DNA of 64,000 bases from a virus (lineage: Duplodnaviria > Caudoviricetes): IMG/VR virus record IMGVR_UViG_3300033120_000579, positions 1 through 64,000 of that record; one strand, 5' to 3'. The notes under the pieces were generated by a model, which did no database searches, was not told the origin of the DNA, and saw nothing but the letters and a program-made list of their open reading frames with translations. Positions within the stretch are counted from its first letter, which is position 1. Each line of letters starts with the position of its first letter. The position numbers and the translations under genes were made by a program. Positions 28,263 to 38,180 of this stretch are shown here, piece after piece.

Positions 28263-29997
28263 AGAAAAAAAAGTTGTAACAGTTAAAAATGAAACTTTAC
28301 CAATTTCTAAATGTAGACAATTTGATAAAAATTGGTATAAAATTGGAGATATTAAAGTAGAAAATTCTGGGGATTGTTATTTTATTAAAAATAGATATTA
28401 TAGGGAAGAAGCTAATGATATTGTATTTAATTATAGTATTAATGAATATATTTTAAAAGATGAAACCGTTATTAAAGGAGTAGTTAATATTGATATTAAT
28501 AATAATATTAAATTTGGATATTTTAATAATGATAAAAAATATGCTACACTTATCTTAGAAAATAGAAATAAATATGCTCTTTTTAATGAAGAATGTTTGT
28601 TAAATAATAAATTATATCGAGAAGTTTTATCTACTGGAGATTATAGTCATATAAATTTAATTCCTGCAAGAAAATTTAATGAGATTTTAATTCCAAAACA
28701 AGAATATAAAACTAGTTTACCTTATGACTCAAAGGGAATTACAGACACTTTTTTAAATTTATATAATACAAATTATAATCCTAAAATATTTGAAAATGTT
28801 TCAAAATATTCTAAAATATTAGGAGATTTGACTTTTGGATTGGAATTTGAAACAACAAAAGGTTTTATTCCAACTAGAATTATTAATAACTATGGATTAA
28901 TTCCTTTAAGAGATGGTAGTATTAGTGGTATCGAATATGTTACAGTTCCATTACAAGGTGAAAAAGGTTTACAATATGTAATTGATATTGTTAAAATATT
29001 ACAACATAGAACTCTTTATGATAATACATGTTCCTTACATCAACATATTGGAAATTTACCTAGAACTAAAGAATTTATTTTAGCCTTTTTTAAATTAACT
29101 TGTGCTATTCAAAATGAAATTTTTGAAATGTTTCCATTATTTAAAAAATATAATTTTAAAATAAAAAATAAAAATTATAGTAAACCTTATCCTGTTTATA
29201 ATTTATTAAGTCAGATGGATAGTATTATCAATACTAATAATATTGATGAAAATTTCAATGTTTTATATAACTATTTATCAGGTGGTCAAAACTTTAAAGA
29301 TGTTGGAAATGATTTAGATAATGTAACTTTTCATCCAAGTGATCCAAATGGTAATCAAAAATGGCTTATAAGAAATAGATATTATTTACATAATGTAATT
29401 CCAATTATTTTTGGTAATAAACAAACGATTGAATTCAGAATTCACACCCCAACATATGATGTAAATAAAATAATTCCTTTTATGATGTTAAATAGTATTT
29501 TAATTAATTATACTATTCAAAATCAAAATGAAATATTAGGAATTAAAGGATTTTTGTGTAATAAAGATTTATCTAGTATTGTTGCAGAATATATAGATAC
29601 TTTTAGTTTTAAAGATAATGGTAATTTATATAATTCACTATTAACTTATATTGATAATAGAAAAAAAGATACAGAAACCCAAAACATGAAAGGGGATATT
29701 GTTGGTAATGAAGATAAAATTAGAGGTTGTAATTATGTAGATTGGAATAAAGAAGTTAATGAAAAACTTGAATTTAATATTAATTTTAAACCTGTTTATA
29801 GATACTCTGAAAATTTTATAAGTGACCCTTATGAAAAAGAAATTGAAAAGTTAGAAGAATTTTTACATAAAGGTAGACTTACATCTCAAGATTATATAAA
29901 AGCTGTAAAGAGTCATAGATTAAATCAAAAGAATTATAGAAATAAAACTCATTTACCACCAATTCCAATATTTGAAGACTATGATACTATCACATAA
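28255..29997 (+). CDS. Putative amidoligase (COOH-NH2 ligase family)
   Basis: TFGLEFET, RDGSISG.EYVT, CSLHQHIG, TIEFRIH. Confidence 0.85.
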   Translation: MSKEKKVVTVKNETLPISKCRQFDKNWYKIGDIKVENSGDCYFIKNRYYREEANDIVFNYSINEYILKDETVIKGVVNIDINNNIKFGYFNNDKKYATLILENRNKYALFNEECLLNNKLYREVLSTGDYSHINLIPARKFNEILIPKQEYKTSLPYDSKGITDTFLNLYNTNYNPKIFENVSKYSKILGDLTFGLEFETTKGFIPTRIINNYGLIPLRDGSISGIEYVTVPLQGEKGLQYVIDIVKILQHRTLYDNTCSLHQHIGNLPRTKEFILAFFKLTCAIQNEIFEMFPLFKKYNFKIKNKNYSKPYPVYNLLSQMDSIINTNNIDENFNVLYNYLSGGQNFKDVGNDLDNVTFHPSDPNGNQKWLIRNRYYLHNVIPIIFGNKQTIEFRIHTPTYDVNKIIPFMMLNSILINYTIQNQNEILGIKGFLCNKDLSSIVAEYIDTFSFKDNGNLYNSLLTYIDNRKKDTETQNMKGDIVGNEDKIRGCNYVDWNKEVNEKLEFNINFKPVYRYSENFISDPYEKEIEKLEEFLHKGRLTSQDYIKAVKSHRLNQKNYRNKTHLPPIPIFEDYDTIT

Positions 29998-30691
29998 AGA
30001 AAGTTTAACAGGTAATGCTATTAAAATGAATTGGCAATATGAAATAGGGGGTTGGACAGATCCCCTAGTTTCTTTATTAGAATCTGATTATATTGATGAT
30101 TTAGTAACTTTTATTGATCAAAAATATAAAGAATCTAAACTTGTTTATCCTAAAAGAAATAGATTGTTTAAACCTTTTCAATATTGCAAATATGATGAAT
30201 TAAAAGTTGTAATGATTTCTACCACTCCACCAATAACTGAAAAAGGTTCTGGAATTGGATTTGGTATTAATACTAGTGATGAAAATGAAACACTCCCTTC
30301 TTTTTTAGAAAGTTTTAAAACAGTTATTAAAGAAAGTCTTTATAAAACAGCTACAGGAAGTATTTGTTTTGATACAACATTACAAGATTTTGCTGAACAA
30401 GGTGTTTTATTTTTAAATACATCTATGACTAGAGAAGTTAATAATGATCATCAAATAATTTGGAGAAATTTTATAAGACAAATTATTAAAACTATTAGCA
30501 AAGAAAAACAAAATATAATTTTTGTATTTTTAAATGGTGATAATGAAAAATTTGAAAAATATATTGATATTAAAAAACATTATATTTTAAGAAATAGTGG
30601 TCCAGTACTTCCTCATTTCAGTAATATAATTACTAAAATAGAAGATATAATTTTAGATAAATATGGTTCAAGAGAATATATACAATGGTAG
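29972..30691 (+). CDS. Uracil-DNA glycosylase (family 1) homolog, catalytic residues degenerate
   Basis: LKVVM, GIGF, AEQGVLFLN, H...W and terminal I.W match UNG; GQDPY is STTPP and HPSP is absent. Confidence 0.75.
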   Translation: MKTMILSHKESLTGNAIKMNWQYEIGGWTDPLVSLLESDYIDDLVTFIDQKYKESKLVYPKRNRLFKPFQYCKYDELKVVMISTTPPITEKGSGIGFGINTSDENETLPSFLESFKTVIKESLYKTATGSICFDTTLQDFAEQGVLFLNTSMTREVNNDHQIIWRNFIRQIIKTISKEKQNIIFVFLNGDNEKFEKYIDIKKHYILRNSGPVLPHFSNIITKIEDIILDKYGSREYIQW

Positions 30692-31158
30692 AAAATTTAA
30701 TATGGATTCCTTTCAACACTCCAGCACTTAAAAACTCTAAAGTTAAAACGAGTAGGGGAATATTCAGTTCTAAAACTGTTAAAAAGTATTTAGGTAAATT
30801 AGGAATACAATCTTATTCTTCTAGTAAAAAACTAGTAAAAGGATATGTTAATAGACCTAATGAATTTGAAAAACTTAGACAACAATTTAAAATAGCTTTA
30901 GTTGGTAAAGAATTTCCTATATTAGTATGTTTTCATTTTATTAGAGATAGTAAAAGAGCTTGGGATTTTGGAAATGCCACAGAAATTATATTTGATTTAC
31001 TTACAGCACACGATATTATCCCAGATGATAATATAAAATTCACAATACCTTCTGTAATGAGTATAGAAGGTATTTTACCAACAGAAGAAAACATGCACCA
31101 TATAGATTGGTATAGCATCAATCCTGAAAATAGTGGTGTATGGATTAAAATAATTTAA
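30685..31158 (+). CDS. RusA-like Holliday junction resolvase
   Basis: P..KNS N-terminus; DFGN....FDLL....IPDDN acidic motif. Confidence 0.7.
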   Translation: MVENLIWIPFNTPALKNSKVKTSRGIFSSKTVKKYLGKLGIQSYSSSKKLVKGYVNRPNEFEKLRQQFKIALVGKEFPILVCFHFIRDSKRAWDFGNATEIIFDLLTAHDIIPDDNIKFTIPSVMSIEGILPTEENMHHIDWYSINPENSGVWIKII

Positions 31159-31168
31159 TTTAATAAAA

Positions 31169-31468
31169 ATGAAAAAAGAACTATTACAAAAAATTACAGA
31201 GTTGTGTTATTTTGTTTTAGATGATAAAGAATGCAAAAAATTCTTTACTTATCTATTAAATGACGATATTAATTCAGCAAGATTATATCTTGATAAAATA
31301 ATTGAAAATATTGAATTTTCTTTAGCATTTGAAGAAAACGATGAAGAACTGAAACGTCAATTAGAACATTCTAACAAACTTATGGATTTAGTAATGGAAC
31401 TAACCATAGTGAATGATAGAGACAACGAAGAAGGAAAGCAAGTTAGAGAAACTACTTCAGGAAAATGA
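31169..31468 (+). CDS. Hypothetical helical protein
   Basis: 99-aa ORF. Confidence 0.55.
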   Translation: MKKELLQKITELCYFVLDDKECKKFFTYLLNDDINSARLYLDKIIENIEFSLAFEENDEELKRQLEHSNKLMDLVMELTIVNDRDNEEGKQVRETTSGK

Positions 31469-32450
31469 AGAAATTGATTTAAACTTATCTTATAGTAGAA
31501 TAAGTGATTTTGAAAGAAATGGTCCAAAAGCTTTAGTTCGACCATCTAATCCAGATGGAGAAGGATTAAGATTTGGTTCATTATCAGATGATTTACTTGT
31601 AGATAAGGTAATGAATGATAATACTTTTAAACAAAAGTATTATTTATTTGATGGAAATAAACCTACAGCAACATTAGGTGAGTTATGTGATATAATTTTA
31701 AATAATTATGATACTTTACCTAATGTTGATACGGTTTTAAAAATAGTAAAACACAATGCATTTTGGAGTAATGTTAAAGTAGAACAAGTCTTACTTGAAA
31801 AGTTTGATACTAAAGAATTTTGGAAGTACTTAAATGTAATGTTTGAAATTAAAGATAAAATTATAGTTACTTCTAATGATTATAATGATGCAATTGAATG
31901 TGTTAATTTACTATTAAATCATAAACATACATATAAATTATTTAATAATGATTTTGAAAATCATTATCAATATAAATTTAATTTTACTTACAAAGGATTT
32001 AATTTAAGAGGAATTATAGATAAATTATCCATAGATCATACTAACAAAATAGTGTACATGGAAGATATTAAAACTGGTTCATCTAAAGCTGAAGAATTTG
32101 TTAAAAGTTTTATTAAATATTGTTATTATTTTCAAGAATCTGTATATAGTTTAGCATTTGATACAATATGTAAAGAACTAGGTTTAGAGAATTACACTCT
32201 AGCTCCATTTAAATTTATATTTATTGGAAGATATGAAAAAGTTCCACATGTATTTAATGTTAGTGAAAAATGGCATAATGCTGCTTTAAATGGATTTAAA
32301 ACTAAATCAGGTTATCAATATAGAGGTCTAAATGAGAACTTAGATTTAATATATTATCATTGGAAAAATAAAGTATATGAATTTAGTAAAGCTGTTTATG
32401 AACAGAACGGAAGTTTAATTTTAAATGATGATTTTATAGAAGTAAATTAA
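31413..32450 (+). CDS. PD-(D/E)xK exonuclease (RecB/RecE-like)
   Basis: LSYSRI, FGS, RGIIDKL, EDIKT, YYFQESVY. Confidence 0.8.
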   Translation: MIETTKKESKLEKLLQENEEIDLNLSYSRISDFERNGPKALVRPSNPDGEGLRFGSLSDDLLVDKVMNDNTFKQKYYLFDGNKPTATLGELCDIILNNYDTLPNVDTVLKIVKHNAFWSNVKVEQVLLEKFDTKEFWKYLNVMFEIKDKIIVTSNDYNDAIECVNLLLNHKHTYKLFNNDFENHYQYKFNFTYKGFNLRGIIDKLSIDHTNKIVYMEDIKTGSSKAEEFVKSFIKYCYYFQESVYSLAFDTICKELGLENYTLAPFKFIFIGRYEKVPHVFNVSEKWHNAALNGFKTKSGYQYRGLNENLDLIYYHWKNKVYEFSKAVYEQNGSLILNDDFIEVN

Positions 32451-33010
32451 TGAAGAAAACCCTATATAATAAAAGCAAAACTTATCTTCTCCCATTAATG
32501 TCTGAGGTATTAGATTTAAATCTTAAATTTATGCCTTATTTAATTAATACATATATGTTTGATGAAAAAGATGAATATAAAGATTGTGTTTATATATTAC
32601 ACGAATTCAATTTTAAGAATCCTGAATTCACATCTTATGAACATAAACTTATAAATAATCCTTTATTTATAAAACATATTGATTTAGGTAATCAAGTTGC
32701 TTACATATTTAAGTTTCCAGAAGAATATTTGGATGAATATTATTATTTAATGAATAGTAAATACTCACTATTTGGTGATGATGCTAAGAAATTAATATTA
32801 AAATTCTGGGGGCAAGTATATTCAGGAAATTCATTAGGTGTTAACTTTCTATTAAAAGTAAAAAATATACTATATAAAGATAAAAAATTAAAAGAAAAAC
32901 TCGAAAAAGATTTAGGAGTTAAACTTGATGATAATCAAGAGTTAGGAGATTATGTAAATCTCAAAAATGAAACATTTAAAATAGAAGAATTTGATAAAAG
33001 TAAAGTTTAA
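32450..33010 (+). CDS. Hypothetical protein
   Basis: 186-aa ORF coupled (TAATG) to the nuclease. Confidence 0.65.
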   Translation: MKKTLYNKSKTYLLPLMSEVLDLNLKFMPYLINTYMFDEKDEYKDCVYILHEFNFKNPEFTSYEHKLINNPLFIKHIDLGNQVAYIFKFPEEYLDEYYYLMNSKYSLFGDDAKKLILKFWGQVYSGNSLGVNFLLKVKNILYKDKKLKEKLEKDLGVKLDDNQELGDYVNLKNETFKIEEFDKSKV

Positions 33011-33030
33011 GAAAATAATTTAAATTTTAT

Positions 33031-33061
33031 TAGGAATTCTCATTATTTTTCACTATATTTG
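33031..33061 (+). promoter_or_regulatory. Bacteroidota-type promoter for HNH gene
   Basis: TAGGAATTCTCA...TATATTTG (TAnnTTTG -7 element); same 31-nt architecture at 36020, 53781 and 60969. Confidence 0.7.
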
Positions 33062-33078
33062 TAGAAATACAAATATAT

Positions 33079-33582
33079 ATGGAAGATAAAAGAAGAACAA
33101 ATAAATACCCAAGTGGTAAAATTTATACACAATATTTAAGAATATGTAAATATTGTGAAAAAGAGTGTTGGGTTGATCGTAAAAATATTGAACATTGTTC
33201 TAGAAATTGTGCAAATATATATCTAAGAAAAATAAAAGATCCTTTAGAATTTTACTTCAGAGAAAAACTTTCTAGATTACGTAGCAATGCTAAAAATAGA
33301 AATAAACATTTTGATTTAAAATGGGAAGATTTGTTAGAACAATATTATAAACAAAATAAAAATTGTTTTTATACAAATATAGAAATGACATTAACTTATT
33401 CAGTAAAATCTGAAAAAGTATGTCCTCCTAAACAATTATCTGTAGATAGGATAGATAGTAATAAAGGATATACTAAAGATAATATTGTTTTATGTTTGTT
33501 TTGTATTAACAATTTTAAAGGAGAAATGTCAATAATAGAATTTAAGGAAATTTTAAAAGAAATAAAACTTTATGATAGTTAA
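33079..33582 (+). CDS. HNH-family (His-Me finger) homing endonuclease
   Basis: N-terminal CxxC..CxxxC Zn finger; CFYT..SVDRIDSNKGYTKDNIVLC..CINNFK. Confidence 0.8.
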   Translation: MEDKRRTNKYPSGKIYTQYLRICKYCEKECWVDRKNIEHCSRNCANIYLRKIKDPLEFYFREKLSRLRSNAKNRNKHFDLKWEDLLEQYYKQNKNCFYTNIEMTLTYSVKSEKVCPPKQLSVDRIDSNKGYTKDNIVLCLFCINNFKGEMSIIEFKEILKEIKLYDS

Positions 33583-34000
33583 AATAAAGAAATTAAATGA
33601 AAAAGCAATAATTCCTTCATATCAGAAGGAAGGTGACGGCGGAATGGATTTAACCTCTACTAGTAAACAAATTATTGATAAAGGAAATTATGGTTATATC
33701 GAATATGGTACATCTTTAGCAGTAGAGATTCCAGAAGGATATGTAGGTTTAATTTTTCCTAGAAGTTCAGTATCTAAAACTGGACATTTTTTAGCAAATT
33801 CAATTGGAGTTGTAGATTCAGGATATAGAGGTGAAATTATGTTAAGATTTAAAACTATTCCTAATAGTATTGAATATGCTATTGGAGAAAGAATTGGTCA
33901 ATTAATGATTTTACCATATCCACAAATTGAATTTGAAGAAGTAGAAGAATTAAAAGAAAGTGAAAGAGGAGTTGGATCATACGGATCTACAGGAAAATAA
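33572..34000 (+). CDS. dut: dUTPase (trimeric)
   Basis: GMDL, PRSS, GVVDSGYRGEI, RIGQL, RGVGSYGSTG. Confidence 0.95.
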   Translation: MIVKIKKLNEKAIIPSYQKEGDGGMDLTSTSKQIIDKGNYGYIEYGTSLAVEIPEGYVGLIFPRSSVSKTGHFLANSIGVVDSGYRGEIMLRFKTIPNSIEYAIGERIGQLMILPYPQIEFEEVEELKESERGVGSYGSTGK

Positions 34001-34105
34001 TAAATAAAAAAGAGTATTATCAACTCTTTAAAAATAGTAAAATTTAATAAAAATATATAAAAAAAACATAGGGTTGATAATATATATAATTATTAAATTT
34101 TATAA

Positions 34106-36007
34106 ATGAGTGAAATAAAAACCCCATGGGGAGAAATAGGATATATTACTTTTAAAAGAACATATGCTAGAAGATTAAAAGAAAATGATATTAATTCTAA
34201 AACTGAAGAATTTGAAGATGTTATTCATAGAGAAATAAATGCTTGTGAAAAACAATTAGGATTAAAATTTTCAGATGAAGAAAAAGATTTTTATTTTAAA
34301 ACAAGATCTGAATTAAAATGGTCTGTTGCAGGTAGATTCATGTGGCAATTAGGTACTAAAACTGTTGAGAAATTAGGATTACCTAGTCTACAAAATTGTG
34401 CAGCAGTTGTAGTTAATGAGCCTATTAGACCATTTACTTGGGCATTTGAAATGTTAATGCTTGGTTCTGGTGTAGGATATAATATTCAAAGAAGTAATGT
34501 ATATCAATTACCTAAATTAAAAAGTAAAATTAAAATTGAACGTTCAGATACTAACGATGTTGATTTTTTAGTTCCAGATAATAGAGAAGGTTGGGTTAAA
34601 TTGTTAGGAAAACTTCTTAAAGCTCATTTTTATGGAGGAAAAGGATTTACCTATGGTTTACATCTAATTAGAGGAAAAGGTGCAGCAATTAAGGGATTTG
34701 GTGGTACGGCGTCAGGACCAGAAGATTTATATAAAGGTATTGAACAAATTCATGAAATTTTAAATAATCGAGCTAATAAAAAACTTAGACCTATTGATTG
34801 TTTAGATATTATGAATATTATAGGTACAGTTGTAGTTTCTGGAAATGTTAGAAGATCTGCACAAATTGCAATTGGTGATTGTGATGATATTGATTTCTTA
34901 AAAGCTAAAAGATGGGATTTAGGTAAAATTCCAAATTGGAGATCAATGAGTAATAATTCTGTAGTTTGTGATAATATCGAAAGATTACCACAAGAATTTT
35001 GGGATACTTATGATCAAGGTGAACCTTATGGATTAATTAATATTGATTTATCAAGATTGTGTGGTAGAACTGGAGAAACTCAATATCCAGATCCTAATGT
35101 TGAAATCTTCAATCCTTGCGCAGAACAATCATTAGAAAATTTTGAAACATGTTGTTTAAGTGAAGTATATTTACCAAACATAACTTCTTTTGATGAATTA
35201 AATAAAGTATTAAGATTAACTTATAGAGTTAATAAACATTCATTATCATTACATTGTTCTTTAAAAGAAACAGAATCTATTGTTAATAGAAATATGAGAA
35301 TGGGTATTGGTATGACTGGAGTGTTACAAGCTACTGATGAACAAAGAAGCTGGCTATCTGATGCTTATTTAATGTTAAGAGATTATGACAAAGAATATTC
35401 TGCTCAAAATAATTTCCCTACATCTATTAAATTAACAACAGTTAAACCAAGTGGTACATTAAGTTTACTTGCAGGTGTTACACCAGGAATTCATCCTAAT
35501 CCAGCAGGTCCATTTTATATTAGACGTGTTAGAATGAGTTCAGATTCTAATTTATTAGATATATGTCAAAAACATGGATATAATATTGAACCTCAAAGAA
35601 ATTTTGATGGAACACATGATAAATCAACAATGGTTGTATCATTTCCTTGTAAATTACCATTAAAAACACCTGTTGCTAATAATTATTCTTGGAAAGATCA
35701 ATTAGAAATGGTTAAATGGATGCAAAAAAATTGGTCAGATAATTCTGTTAGTTGTACAGTTTATTATAAAAAAGAAGATCTTGAAGATATTAAACAATAT
35801 TTAAAAGAAAATTATACTGATAATTTTAAAACACTATCTTTCTTATTAACAAATGATCATGGATTTGATCAAGCACCTTATGAAACTATTTCAGAAGAAG
35901 TTTATAATGAAATGGTTAAAAATACAACACCAATTACTTTTGCAAATATTCAAGAAGAAGATTTAGATATGAGTGATTGTGATTCTGGAGCATGTCCTAT
36001 AAAATAA
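34106..36007 (+). CDS. nrdJ: Class II (B12-dependent) ribonucleotide reductase
   Basis: RTYAR, AGR, QNC, GSGVG, NVRRSA, NPCAEQ, TVKPSGT, C-terminal C.SGACPIK; no small subunit gene. Confidence 0.92.
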   Translation: MSEIKTPWGEIGYITFKRTYARRLKENDINSKTEEFEDVIHREINACEKQLGLKFSDEEKDFYFKTRSELKWSVAGRFMWQLGTKTVEKLGLPSLQNCAAVVVNEPIRPFTWAFEMLMLGSGVGYNIQRSNVYQLPKLKSKIKIERSDTNDVDFLVPDNREGWVKLLGKLLKAHFYGGKGFTYGLHLIRGKGAAIKGFGGTASGPEDLYKGIEQIHEILNNRANKKLRPIDCLDIMNIIGTVVVSGNVRRSAQIAIGDCDDIDFLKAKRWDLGKIPNWRSMSNNSVVCDNIERLPQEFWDTYDQGEPYGLINIDLSRLCGRTGETQYPDPNVEIFNPCAEQSLENFETCCLSEVYLPNITSFDELNKVLRLTYRVNKHSLSLHCSLKETESIVNRNMRMGIGMTGVLQATDEQRSWLSDAYLMLRDYDKEYSAQNNFPTSIKLTTVKPSGTLSLLAGVTPGIHPNPAGPFYIRRVRMSSDSNLLDICQKHGYNIEPQRNFDGTHDKSTMVVSFPCKLPLKTPVANNYSWKDQLEMVKWMQKNWSDNSVSCTVYYKKEDLEDIKQYLKENYTDNFKTLSFLLTNDHGFDQAPYETISEEVYNEMVKNTTPITFANIQEEDLDMSDCDSGACPIK

Positions 36008-36019
36008 TTAACTTTTTAT

Positions 36020-36050
36020 TAGTTATTTACAATAATTTTTACTATCTTTG
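36020..36050 (+). promoter_or_regulatory. Bacteroidota-type promoter for second HNH gene
   Basis: TAGTTATT...TATCTTTG, 31-nt architecture. Confidence 0.6.
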
Positions 36051-36070
36051 TATAATTTTAAATTAATTAT

Positions 36071-36583
36071 ATGTTAGAAAGAGAGAATGCAAAATTTGTA
36101 GAAACTAAAAAATCTAAGTCAGGAAGTACTTATAAAATATTTATATTTGAATGTGTTTTATGTGGAAATGATATTAAAAGTCAATTATCACAATTAAAAA
36201 CACATTCTGGTAAATGTAAAAAATGTACACAAAAGAAAAAACCTTATGAACATATTTTAAATGAATTAATTCATTCTTGTAATAATAAAAGAATTATTGA
36301 TATAAGTTTAGATTATAATGAATTTATAGAAATTATAAAAGATTCTAAATGTCATTATTGTAATAAAAAACTTATATTTAATCCTCATACAAGAGATGAA
36401 AGTTCAAATTATGTTTCAAGAGCTTATCAATTAGATAGAAAAGATAATAATTTAGGATACACAATAGAAAATGTAGTAACTTGTTGTTGGAATTGTAATA
36501 GAATAAAATCAGATATATATTCTTATGATGATTTTATGAAATTAAGTCCAATACTAAAAGAAATACATAATAAAGATGTATAA
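36071..36583 (+). CDS. HNH-family homing endonuclease
   Basis: CxxC pairs; CHYC..LDRKDNNLGYTIENVVTCCWNCNRIK. Confidence 0.82.
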   Translation: MLERENAKFVETKKSKSGSTYKIFIFECVLCGNDIKSQLSQLKTHSGKCKKCTQKKKPYEHILNELIHSCNNKRIIDISLDYNEFIEIIKDSKCHYCNKKLIFNPHTRDESSNYVSRAYQLDRKDNNLGYTIENVVTCCWNCNRIKSDIYSYDDFMKLSPILKEIHNKDV

Positions 36584-36675
36584 ATATCTAGGAATTGAGT
36601 GTTGGATATATACATTATATATCTTAGAAAATAAATAACAAAATTGTGAAAAAAGCATCGTAGTAGCAATTAATT

Positions 36676-36775
36676 AGAAGATGTCAGGATGCTCGAAAGA
36701 CCCGAAATATATCAATATGTATTAGAGATTAAACTTTATTATATTCTGATATATAGTAACGCTGTAACATCTTCT
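36676..36775 (+). ncRNA. Candidate structured RNA (GAAA tetraloop, GAA/AGUA motif)
   Basis: AGAAGATGT/ACATCTTCT closing stem, TC-GAAA-GA hairpin, ATATATCA/TGATATAT stem flanked by GAA and AGTA. Confidence 0.45.
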
Positions 36776-36789
36776 TTATTTTAAATAAT

Positions 36790-36972
36790 ATGGCAACATA
36801 TAGAACATATAAACAATCTACATATTGGTATCCAGATAGTTGGTGGTATGTAATACAAAAGAAAACTATATTTGGTTGGTTTGAATATGCAACTTTTAGT
36901 TATGAATCAAGTTTTAACGATGCTGTTAAACAATTGAAAAATAATGGTAATACTGTAATAAGTAAATATTAA
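36790..36972 (+). CDS. Small hypothetical protein
   Basis: 60 aa, YVIQKKTIFGWF. Confidence 0.55.
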   Translation: MATYRTYKQSTYWYPDSWWYVIQKKTIFGWFEYATFSYESSFNDAVKQLKNNGNTVISKY

Positions 36973-38180
36973 TGAATAACGAATTACAAAATCAAATACA
37001 ACAAGAAGCTATTGAACATTGGTTAAAAGCTGATAAAAAAGGTACTTTAGCTTTAATAACAGGTTTAGGGAAAACTTTTTGTAGTTTACATGCATTATAT
37101 ACAATGCCTAAAGATAATAAACTACATATCTTTCTTGCGGAACAAGTTGATAGACAATCTGATTTAATTAAAGATATTGTTAAATATAATAAAATATTTA
37201 ATAAAGATGTTTTAAATGACTATAATTTACAATTTCAATGTTATCAAACAACTAGAAAATGGGTTGATAAAGAATTTGGCTTAGTTATAGCAGATGAAAT
37301 TCACGACAGTCTTACACCAGCTTATTCAGAATTTTACTTTAATAATAAATATGATGCCATTATAGGTTTATCTGCAACTATTAATAGAAAAGTTGAATAT
37401 GTTGATAAAGATAATAAAATATTTACTAAAGGTGATTTATTAGATAAAATAGCTCCAGTTTGTTTTAAATATACTATGAATCAAGGTCAAACTGAAGGAA
37501 CTAGTAGAAAACTTAATATTTATGTTATTAATCACGAATTAGATGAAATTAATAAAACTGTTAAATCTGGTAGTATAAAGAAACCTTTTTATCAAACTGA
37601 AAAAGAAGCATATTCTTATTGGGATAAAGTATTTAAAAGATCTTTATTTTTAGAAGAAGATGAAGAAATTAAGAATCTTAAAATTAGAGTTGCTTCAAAT
37701 AAACGTAAAGATATTTTATATAAACTTGATTCTAAAATAGTAGTTATTAAGGAATTATTAGAAAATATTAATGGTCAATCTATTATATTTGGAAATAGTT
37801 TAGATAGTTTATTAAAGATAACACCAAATGTTGTATCTTCTAGAAATAATATTAGTAAAAACAATCTAATTAGAAATAGTTTTGATTTAGGTACAATTAA
37901 AGTTATAGGTAGTTTTAAAAAGCTTGAACAAGGTGCTAATTTAAATCAATTAGATAATGTTATACTTCATTCTTATTATGGAGTTGAAGGTAAAATTATT
38001 CAACGTCTTGGTAGAAATAGAATAAATGGTGATAAAGTTGGAAGTGTGTTTGTATTAGTTACTAAAAACTCTCAAGAAGAAGTTTGGTGGTCTAAAGCAA
38101 CAGAAAATATGACAGAATTTAATATTATTAATTGTGATAATATTGATGATTGTATTCAAAAATATAAAGAAAATGGATAA
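36972..38180 (+). CDS. SF2 (DExH) helicase
   Basis: TGLGKT, DEIH, GLSAT, QRLGR. Confidence 0.88.
   Translation: MNNELQNQIQQEAIEHWLKADKKGTLALITGLGKTFCSLHALYTMPKDNKLHIFLAEQVDRQSDLIKDIVKYNKIFNKDVLNDYNLQFQCYQTTRKWVDKEFGLVIADEIHDSLTPAYSEFYFNNKYDAIIGLSATINRKVEYVDKDNKIFTKGDLLDKIAPVCFKYTMNQGQTEGTSRKLNIYVINHELDEINKTVKSGSIKKPFYQTEKEAYSYWDKVFKRSLFLEEDEEIKNLKIRVASNKRKDILYKLDSKIVVIKELLENINGQSIIFGNSLDSLLKITPNVVSSRNNISKNNLIRNSFDLGTIKVIGSFKKLEQGANLNQLDNVILHSYYGVEGKIIQRLGRNRINGDKVGSVFVLVTKNSQEEVWWSKATENMTEFNIINCDNIDDCIQKYKENG

Noticed and set aside
34106-36007. Intron or intein in RNR, PolB or helicase
   Set aside because: ORFs are continuous and of normal length with no intein C...HN motifs
36676-36775. 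Hammerhead ribozyme or cobalamin riboswitch
   Set aside because: GAAA/UH-like geometry present but no CUGANGA core; no B12 box, and it lies downstream of nrdJ
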